Positions 8,355 through 14,978 of a stretch of 17,421 bases of DNA are shown piece by piece. How positions within the stretch are numbered: position 1 is the first letter of the stretch; each line of letters starts with the position of its first letter. Origin of the DNA: Candidatus Thorarchaeota archaeon (GTDB lineage: Archaea > Asgardarchaeota > Thorarchaeia > Thorarchaeales > Thorarchaeaceae); the NCBI GenBank assembly GCA_029858305.1, contig JAOUFI010000048.1:1-17421 (forward strand), in the 5' to 3' direction. The translations under genes were made by a program, and so were the position numbers. The notes under the pieces are model-generated. The model worked only from the letters and a program-made list of their open reading frames with translations. It had not been told where the DNA came from and searched no databases.

Positions 8355-9293
8355 ATGTACGACCTAGTAATCATTGGTTCAGGAGTCACGGGATATGGGG
8401 CAGCTATGTATGCTGCAAGACTCGATCTTAGTGTAGCCGTGATAGGTAATGTTGATGGTGGCACTATCACTCTCACTGATGATGTCGCAAATTATCCAGG
8501 CTATATTCAACTTACTGGCAAAGAACTTGCAGATAAGATCAAGGAACATGCTCATGATTATCCCATTTTTAGTGAAACAGGAACAGTAACAGATATTTTC
8601 AGAGACAAGCAGAATTTCTTTTACATTGTTACAGAGAACAAGTCATTCCTTGCCAAATCAATTATTATTGCCACAGGGATGAAGGAGCGCGAATTAGAAG
8701 TTCCTGGACATGATGAGTTGAAAAACAAAGGTGTGAGTTACTGTGCCCTGTGTGACGCCCCGTTATACAAAGATAAGGTCGTTGCTGTTATAGGCGGCAG
8801 TGACAGCGCTGCGAAGGAAGCGCTTCTCCTGGCGAAATATTGTCCAAAGGTGTACATTATTTATAGACGTGAAAAAATCCGTCCTGAACCAATCAATGCA
8901 ACAAGGATAGAAAGAGAGTCCAAAATCGAAGTCATTACGAACACAAATGTTACTGAGATACTTGGTCAGAATAAAGTCACAGGAGTGAAGTTGGATCGCT
9001 CATATCACGGTTCAGACACGTTGACCCTTGATGGAATATTCATTGCAATTGGTGGAATACCTTACTCTGAACTTGCTGCGAAATTGGGTGTTAATCTCAA
9101 TGAGAAACGCGAGATTATGATTGATCGTTCGAGCCGTACTAATGTTAAAGGTGTGTTTGCCGCAGGTGATGTTGTAGATAGCGAGTTCAAGCAGGCAATA
9201 ACCGGTGTCGCAGAAGGTGTAAATGCGGCATATCAAGCATACAGATATGTTAACGAGAATGAGTTTATCTTCTCATGTCGACAAGAAGAATAG
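8355..9293 (+). CDS. trxB: Thioredoxin-disulfide reductase
   Basis: IIGSGVTG, NYPG, IIIATG, GVSYCALCD, VIGGSDSAAKEA, IYRR, TNVKGVFAAGD, KQAITGVAEG. Confidence 0.92.
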   Translation: MYDLVIIGSGVTGYGAAMYAARLDLSVAVIGNVDGGTITLTDDVANYPGYIQLTGKELADKIKEHAHDYPIFSETGTVTDIFRDKQNFFYIVTENKSFLAKSIIIATGMKERELEVPGHDELKNKGVSYCALCDAPLYKDKVVAVIGGSDSAAKEALLLAKYCPKVYIIYRREKIRPEPINATRIERESKIEVITNTNVTEILGQNKVTGVKLDRSYHGSDTLTLDGIFIAIGGIPYSELAAKLGVNLNEKREIMIDRSSRTNVKGVFAAGDVVDSEFKQAITGVAEGVNAAYQAYRYVNENEFIFSCRQEE

Positions 9294-9312
9294 AGCACTC
9301 ATCTTGTAAGTT

Positions 9313-9597
9313 TCATTTAGCCTTGAGAGCAATCCGCCAAGGGTGCAATTCCGCATGGAACACTCCAGATTTGACAGCGGGATCATCTTTCATGATTCGA
9401 AGAGCTTCTTCTTGTGAAGGTGTTTCAATAATGTCAAGGCCGATGAGGACTTCAGAAAATCTGCCTGCCATTGTAAGTACTCCTTTTTCCAATAGACCTT
9501 TGAGATACTCAAAATGCTCATTGACTCGTTCATTTGTGCCTGGATTTCCATACTCATTAGCAGGTCGGAGTATGATAACATATGATTGAGTTTCCAT
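9313..9597 (-). CDS. YciI-family protein
   Basis: EHFEYL..L.EKG.L.MAG, EEA..IM..DP.V.SG, and a C-terminal PW pattern typical of YciI. Confidence 0.85.
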   Translation of the reverse strand: METQSYVIILRPANEYGNPGTNERVNEHFEYLKGLLEKGVLTMAGRFSEVLIGLDIIETPSQEEALRIMKDDPAVKSGVFHAELHPWRIALKAK

Positions 9598-9642
9598 GGT
9601 GCATTAGAACTCCTATGTATCAGTGTATTCCTCAGACTAGAA

Positions 9643-10296
9643 TCACTCTATCGATTCAAATAATTTCTCAACAAACATTTCAGGGGGAGTTAAACCTTCG
9701 ACAGTGACTTTATCATTGAATATTGTCTTTGGAACGCCAAACACTTCAAACTTGGCTGCCTCTTCTTGCATTTCAAGTGACTCAAACATCTCTGAATCAA
9801 TCAGAGGATTTAGAATCGCTGCCTGATGAGCAAGTCTAGTCATGCCTGGGCAATACGGGCATTGAGGAGTTACAAATACTCGGATGTGAATTGGTTTGTC
9901 AATTGCACGAATATCCTCGATAATATCTGGCGGCAATGGTACTGTTCCATTTGAAACGTCAATAATACCCCCAATGAGTGCTCCAAACTCATGACCTGCA
10001 GGTATACCGTAGAATTTCACTTTATACTCATCTTTGCCATGCAGAACTATAGCAGGGTGATGCTTGACTCCTAACTTTATCGCAAGATCAGTATCAAGAG
10101 CTCCCTGATGTTTCACTACCTTAATCAGTTTAGATAGTTCTGCAACCATCTCTACCATATCGCGAGTATCATTACAATACAGGCACTTTTCACTCTCAAT
10201 GAACAGATGTATTGTGACCTCATTTACTAAAGCTTCAAACATCTCTTTGACTTGTTCTCGAGTGGCATCATCCATTTCAACAACCATTTTATCCAC
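9643..10296 (-). CDS. pdo: Protein disulfide oxidoreductase (PDO, AhpF N-terminal-like, two thioredoxin folds)
   Basis: CLYC and FVTPQCPYCP motifs, FYGIPAGHEF, V.GVPKT. Alternative ATG start at 10287. Confidence 0.92.
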   Translation of the reverse strand: MDKMVVEMDDATREQVKEMFEALVNEVTIHLFIESEKCLYCNDTRDMVEMVAELSKLIKVVKHQGALDTDLAIKLGVKHHPAIVLHGKDEYKVKFYGIPAGHEFGALIGGIIDVSNGTVPLPPDIIEDIRAIDKPIHIRVFVTPQCPYCPGMTRLAHQAAILNPLIDSEMFESLEMQEEAAKFEVFGVPKTIFNDKVTVEGLTPPEMFVEKLFESIE

Positions 10297-10353
10297 ATCT
10301 CAAAGTAAACTTGCACGCGATTAAATATTAATCTCCTTATTTCCTCTTAAACA

Positions 10354-10581
10354 TCAAGATAATTCATTTATCACATCAGAAGATGCAATATCATTTTCTT
10401 CAATAACATTGATTACAGCTTTTCCTCCATATTTTAATACCTGAAGCATTTCATGTTTCGTACGGACAGTAAAACTCGCACCCTCCCAAAGATACTCCAT
10501 GACTCCTTTTCCGAGGGGGCCATTAAGATATTTCAAATAGGATTCTATTATCTTATTGATATCATATACCCTCTCGGACAT
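10354..10581 (-). CDS. Small hypothetical protein (75 aa)
   Basis: ATG with an upstream GAGG, own TATA-like box, fills the gap between pdo and the LRR gene on the same strand, globular composition. No family recognised. Confidence 0.7.
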   Translation of the reverse strand: MSERVYDINKIIESYLKYLNGPLGKGVMEYLWEGASFTVRTKHEMLQVLKYGGKAVINVIEENDIASSDVINELS

Positions 10582-10628
10582 ACCATTCGTTCCTCAGATT
10601 TAGATAGCGCAAGACTTTGCTTTAGTGA

Positions 10629-10636
10629 TATATAAA
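10629..10636 (-). promoter_or_regulatory. Archaeal TATA box candidate (TTTATATA) for the 75-aa gene
   Basis: Consensus TATA box ~48 nt upstream of ATG 10581. Confidence 0.5.
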
Positions 10637-10662
10637 TCCACTAGATTTGGAGAATTACTGAA

Positions 10663-11736
10663 CTACACCCAATCAATTCTATCATCATTGATTATCTCTT
10701 CAATTGCAAGTGGTATATCTTCAGAATTCTGAAGTCTTGCTTTTGCCAAGATTCTTGTTTCATCAGCTATGCTCACATCTTCTAATTCTGAACATTTAAA
10801 CAACGGTGATATATTGACCTCTTTGAATTGATTCTCATGTGGATGTTCACTATAGAGATACAGTTCGGTTAGTTCTTTGCAGTTTGCAAGAGGACCAAGG
10901 TCAATAGAGGTAAGTCTATTCCCCGCAATATCCAATGCTGTGAGTTTTTTGGCGTTTTCAAGAGGTGACAGATCTAATTCTTCAATCTCATTCATCGCTA
11001 GACCAAGACGTCGCAATTGAGAACACGCTTCAAGCGGCATGAGGTCAATATGCTTCAATTGATTTCCTCCTAGCCGCAGTATTCGAAAATCACTGCAATT
11101 CTCTAAAGGACGCAAATCTATTGAGCTTAGTCTGTTATGATGAAGATATAGAAATTTCAATTCTTTACAATTAGCAAGAGGTTTCAAATCCAACTGTGTT
11201 AATGAATTATACATCAGGTTTAGCTGTTGAAGATTCGTGCAACCTCCGAGACCTGATAAATCTAGTTCTGCAATTTTGTTGTTTTCAATTTCTAGACTTT
11301 CCAATGTCTTGCATGAGGCGAGTGGTGAGAGATCCAATTCTGCCAATTGATTATTGAAAAGACGAAGTCTTGCAAGACTCCTATACTTGGCCACGGGACT
11401 CAAATCTACATATTCTAAGTTGTTGGAGCCAAGATGGAGTTCTTTCAGATTTGAGCATCCAGAAAGCTGTTCAAGGTCTATAGCAGAAAGAGCATTCTTG
11501 AAAAGATTAAGAATTTCAAGTTCAGGCAAATCTGCAAGTGCACTCAGGTCTATCTTCGTGATTAAATTATTTGCCAGTTGAATATTCTGAAGATTTTCAA
11601 GACTAGATAGTGATTCAAGATGAATTGTAACTATATTATGTCGTGAGAGATCAAGAGTAGTTAATGCTACATCATCTACCTCGAATTTGCGTTCTTTGTC
11701 ATCTTTGTCAATGTATTTTATATTAATCTCTTCCAT
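10663..11736 (-). CDS. Cytoplasmic leucine-rich repeat protein (~12 repeats of 24 aa)
   Basis: Repeat consensus LxxLxLxxNxLxxIDLxPLxxCxx. No signal peptide or TM helix. ATG 11736 follows a TGGAGA SD; the ORF track extends to 11790. Confidence 0.92.
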   Translation of the reverse strand: MEEINIKYIDKDDKERKFEVDDVALTTLDLSRHNIVTIHLESLSSLENLQNIQLANNLITKIDLSALADLPELEILNLFKNALSAIDLEQLSGCSNLKELHLGSNNLEYVDLSPVAKYRSLARLRLFNNQLAELDLSPLASCKTLESLEIENNKIAELDLSGLGGCTNLQQLNLMYNSLTQLDLKPLANCKELKFLYLHHNRLSSIDLRPLENCSDFRILRLGGNQLKHIDLMPLEACSQLRRLGLAMNEIEELDLSPLENAKKLTALDIAGNRLTSIDLGPLANCKELTELYLYSEHPHENQFKEVNISPLFKCSELEDVSIADETRILAKARLQNSEDIPLAIEEIINDDRIDWV

Positions 11737-11878
11737 CTTCAAAATCTCCAACTTGTGAAATTTAGTCTGTAGAATGGTTTCAGTTATCATGTATTCAATC
11801 TTACTGAATCACATTCATAGACCTTCATTACTTGCGCAAAGACTTTATGATTTCTGCTGTGAAGAGTAAAACAGAAAA

Positions 11879-12373
11879 ATGAACCCTTCCGATAATACTA
11901 TCGAATCATTGTCAGGTCTTCTATTCTTATTGCAGCTGCTTTTGCTATTTTACTTCGATAATTATGGACTGAATATCATTATATTTAGCCTAGGTTGGAT
12001 ATTATTGATTCCTAGTTTTTTGCTTCAAACGCTCTCACTGAGGGCTTTGAGCGTCTATGGGCATATACCCGAGGGAAAGAGCTTAGTCAGCACAACAATG
12101 ATTGTAACGAAAGGAGTGTATGGGATTATTAGACATCCTCTTTATGTGGGCTACATGTTGATGTCAATATCTCTCGCTCTCATTTCACAATCTTGGTTCA
12201 GTGGATTATGTGCGGTTACTATCGTTCCTCTTGTGATGATTCTTCTCCGTCGTGAAGAGAAAGCAAATTTAACTAAATTCCTTGAGCAGTATGCACAATA
12301 CCAAAAGGAAGTCCCTCCTGTAAATATATTCAAAGGTATTTGGAAGCACTACAAGAGAGATGCGATTTCCTAA
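11879..12373 (+). CDS. Isoprenylcysteine carboxyl methyltransferase / PEMT-family membrane methyltransferase
   Basis: Several TM helices, GVYGIIRHPLYVG motif, REE..L..F...Y..Y...VP. Confidence 0.85.
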   Translation: MNPSDNTIESLSGLLFLLQLLLLFYFDNYGLNIIIFSLGWILLIPSFLLQTLSLRALSVYGHIPEGKSLVSTTMIVTKGVYGIIRHPLYVGYMLMSISLALISQSWFSGLCAVTIVPLVMILLRREEKANLTKFLEQYAQYQKEVPPVNIFKGIWKHYKRDAIS

Positions 12374-12512
12374 AATCATCGTTTTCCATCTGGTTTAATT
12401 GTGTAACTAACAGGTCTAGGTATGTTTTTTTCAGAAAGCTATCGCACTTCAAGAGTATGCTTTTTAACAAGTAGTTTATCAATGCCTTCAACTTACTAAG
12501 GAGATGTTACTC

Positions 12513-12878
12513 ATGGAAAAAAAGACGCTAGGCATCTTATTGATGACTTCGCCCTACACTTTCCAAAACAGCCATACCTTCTATAATTTATGCAAAGCAG
12601 CTCTCCAGAAGGAGTATGCTGTGAAAGTCTTCCTTTTTGTGGATGGCGTTAATAATGCGAAATTAAACCAAGATCCAGATCCTGATAGACCAATGAATGA
12701 CAAGTTGCTGGAGCTTGCTAATGAAGGCGTTGAGTTCCAAGCATGCGGTCTCTGCACATCTGCTCGTGGATTTGATCAGAGAGGCAGTGACTTTGTTGAA
12801 AGCGTTGAAGTTAGTGGCCTCACTGAGTTTGCAGAGCAGATTGGCGAAGTTGATCGATTTCTCACCTTTTCGATATAG
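12513..12878 (+). CDS. dsrE: DsrE/TusD-family sulfurtransferase subunit
   Basis: TSPY, VFLFVDGV.N, ACGLCTSARG (sulfur-carrying Cys position), SGL.EF. ATG 12513 is 9 nt after AAGGAG; the ORF track uses 12504. Confidence 0.85.
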   Translation: MEKKTLGILLMTSPYTFQNSHTFYNLCKAALQKEYAVKVFLFVDGVNNAKLNQDPDPDRPMNDKLLELANEGVEFQACGLCTSARGFDQRGSDFVESVEVSGLTEFAEQIGEVDRFLTFSI

Positions 12879-12889
12879 GAGTGATTGAA

Positions 12890-13240
12890 ATGGATTTCAG
12901 AGAAAGAAATGTGTTAATTCTTATTGCTAGCAAGCCTTTTGGAAAAATATTTGCTGCCGAGGGATGGCGTGCAGCTGTAGGTATGTTTGGTATGGATCAT
13001 TCAGCTCAAATGCTCTTTGTAGGAGATGGTGTTTACGGTCTTTTGAATGATCAGGATACTGTTCCAATTCGAATGTTCAAGTCGACATTTGAAAGCTTTG
13101 ACGGACGCATTTGCGTAAGCAAGAAATCTCTTGATGAGAAAAAAATCACTCCAGAGGAGATTTTTGATGAAGTAGAAGTTCTCGATGAAGGAGATGTGGC
13201 GAAGGCATTCGTTGAGAACGATGTAGTAATAACATTCTGA
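12890..13240 (+). CDS. dsrF: DsrF/TusC-family subunit
   Basis: KPFG...AEG.R, LFVGDGVY.L, SL..K, D.VITF. Second gene of the three-gene operon. ATG 12890 follows AGGAGTGA; the ORF track uses GTG 12881. Confidence 0.82.
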   Translation: MDFRERNVLILIASKPFGKIFAAEGWRAAVGMFGMDHSAQMLFVGDGVYGLLNDQDTVPIRMFKSTFESFDGRICVSKKSLDEKKITPEEIFDEVEVLDEGDVAKAFVENDVVITF

Positions 13241-13253
13241 GGAGGAAAAGAGA

Positions 13254-13553
13254 ATGAAGTACTTGATATGGCTCTCGAATAATTATATTAGCGTCAGAGA
13301 AATAGTTTCTAGCCTTCGAAGTATCGATGTTGAAGTGGAACTGCTGCTTATACAGGATGGAGTCTATCTTGTGGATAAAGGATGTTCTGCGTCTAACGAG
13401 ATAAAAGAGCTCAAACTAAAAATCCATGCACTCAAACATCATGTTGAAGAACGAGGAATAACTGAGCGCTTAGCTTTTGATGTGAACCTAATTGACTATC
13501 CTGAAGTTATTAATATCCTCATGGAGAAAGCTGACAAAGTCATATCCCTTTGA
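13254..13553 (+). CDS. dsrH: DsrH/TusB-family subunit
   Basis: LLLIQDGVY, AL...VEERG, IDYPE..., GAGGAGG SD. Confidence 0.85.
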   Translation: MKYLIWLSNNYISVREIVSSLRSIDVEVELLLIQDGVYLVDKGCSASNEIKELKLKIHALKHHVEERGITERLAFDVNLIDYPEVINILMEKADKVISL

Positions 13554-13616
13554 AAATATGGATTTTTCACCGGTAGTCAGAATACAACCTGAATGATTTC
13601 GATTGTTCGATTTTAT

Positions 13617-14024
13617 CTAAAGCTTCTTTCCAGGAACAATAAGAACTTGACCCAATAGATCGCCAGGAAGAACAGAAGCATTGATTCGAGAACTGAACAT
13701 TGACTTGTTTGCTGTTTTATCCTCATAATACAATTTCATCTCCATGCACCCAATGCAACCAAGATCCCCCATACCATTTGATCCATAAAACGATTGGAAA
13801 ACAATTGAATATGCAGGAACAGCGATGGGTTTTATGGTAACGATTTTGGATTCTCCGATCTGGAAATTCACTTTCTCTGCTGCAACCACAGGTACAAATC
13901 TTACTTTAGACCAGTCAAGTGAAAGCATTGCCTCATCGAGGCCGTCAACTGATGTTCTCATCCGACCCATTCCGAGACCTACAAGGTCTTCTCTACAGCT
14001 AATCATATAGATTTTCTCTGGCAA
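13617..14024 (-). CDS. DUF22-family protein
   Basis: PVVAAE....GE...I.I.PI.VP..SIV and C-terminal GDLLG.V pattern recalled for DUF22. TTG start preceded by GGGTGA SD. Confidence 0.72.
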   Translation of the reverse strand: MPEKIYMISCREDLVGLGMGRMRTSVDGLDEAMLSLDWSKVRFVPVVAAEKVNFQIGESKIVTIKPIAVPAYSIVFQSFYGSNGMGDLGCIGCMEMKLYYEDKTANKSMFSSRINASVLPGDLLGQVLIVPGKKL

Positions 14025-14084
14025 ATAACTTCACCCTGATTTCTTCGGTCTTGTCACAAACGCTGATTGGTCAAAGATATTGCA

Positions 14085-14094
14085 TTACTTAAGA
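14085..14094 (-). promoter_or_regulatory. TATA-like element TCTTAAGTAA upstream of the DUF22 gene
   Basis: 61 nt upstream of TTG 14024, identical to 7988-7997. Confidence 0.4.
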
Positions 14095-14543
14095 AGTTAA
14101 CCAAACCAATAGATGCTATGACAATTTTGTAACTCATTAATTGATATTTTTTAAGAAAGCACAGATGTGAAACTGTTTACTAAGAAAATCAAAGTTTCAA
14201 AAGGGATTGGTACTCGCTTCTGATCAGCCTGGACACTTCTTCAATAAGTTCCTCACTTTCATCTGTGAAATTTTAAAGAGTTGCTTCCATTGTGTCTGAG
14301 AGTGGCGTTATGAGGGTCAAACATCTATTATCAACATTTATTTTGATTTGATGCGCGAAATATTTCAAGGCGATGAAGCCTTATCATGAAGCGAAGTATA
14401 ACTCAACCTAAATTCAATAGATCACATACAATCCAAGTTGGGAAGCTTGGTACTATCAGCCTGTTCGATTTTTTCACAGATACTGACTTTTCAGTTTGTT
14501 GCAAAACAATCTTCGCTTATGTATCGTGTCAGGAGGTGATATA

Positions 14544-14690
14544 ATGGGTAGACATAATCACTCTAGCAGACACGAACATGAGAGAAAGAGAGGACGACAT
14601 AATAACTCGAGAACTTCTAGAAAGAACTCTAGTAATAGTCGATTAACGGTCGTTAAAGATCAGCAAGGCTTAGGCTGGGCGGGTGCATAA
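14544..14690 (+). CDS. 48-aa Arg/His/Ser/Asn-rich basic microprotein
   Basis: Perfect SD AGGAGGTGAT (14531-14540) just before ATG 14544. Translation: MGRHNHSSRHEHERKRGRHNNSRTSRKNSSNSRLTVVKDQQGLGWAGA. Confidence 0.65.
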   Translation: MGRHNHSSRHEHERKRGRHNNSRTSRKNSSNSRLTVVKDQQGLGWAGA

Positions 14691-14769
14691 TCTGCAATTC
14701 TAAACAGCTTATTGAATAACCCCTTTTCAGAATTCATCATAGGATAATCAGAAAACGGAGCGCGAATTC

Positions 14770-14833
14770 AATACCAAGAAAAGCATGAGTGGAAGGTGAA
14801 TTCCCTCATGCTCATCTTTCTTTTGCGGGTATT
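14770..14833 (+). terminator. Long imperfect hairpin with a U-rich 3' side (terminator-like or structured RNA element)
   Basis: AGCATGAG-t-GGAA ggtgaa TTCC-CTCATGCT (14782-14812), extended by AAGAAA/TTTCTT and AATACC/GGTATT. Confidence 0.5.
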
Positions 14834-14978
14834 TATCTAACAAAGTTGATATACGTTTGTTTAGACTCCAGGTTATTATTCGCGTCATACTGACATGGGA
14901 ATACAGTGTGGCTTTTGATGATCAAATGCACGCTTATACAGTATCCGTTATGCAATAGACCGAATAGGAGATGCTTGA

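Noticed and set aside
10663-11736. Diversity-generating retroelement or DNA-level tandem repeat in the LRR gene
   Set aside because: The repeats are diverged at nucleotide level, and I saw no reverse transcriptase or TR/VR pair in the window.
1509-13553. Selenocysteine (UGA) or pyrrolysine (UAG) recoding in the redox genes, plausible for Asgard archaea
   Set aside because: All active-site motifs use ordinary Cys/Ser codons. TGA/TAG stops fall at the expected protein ends, the read-throughs I checked (grx, dsrE, dsrF) give no in-frame fusion or sensible extension, and the 14770-14833 hairpin lacks the AUGA/GA SECIS core geometry.
14544-14833. Type I toxin-antitoxin locus (small ORF plus hairpins)
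   Set aside because: The peptide is hydrophilic with no TM helix, unlike typical type I toxins, and no antisense unit is evident.
14025-14978. tRNA, SRP RNA, RNase P RNA, CRISPR array or IS element in the long gap
   Set aside because: No cloverleaf or T-loop, no RNase P or SRP signature sequences, no regularly spaced direct repeats and no transposase ORF.
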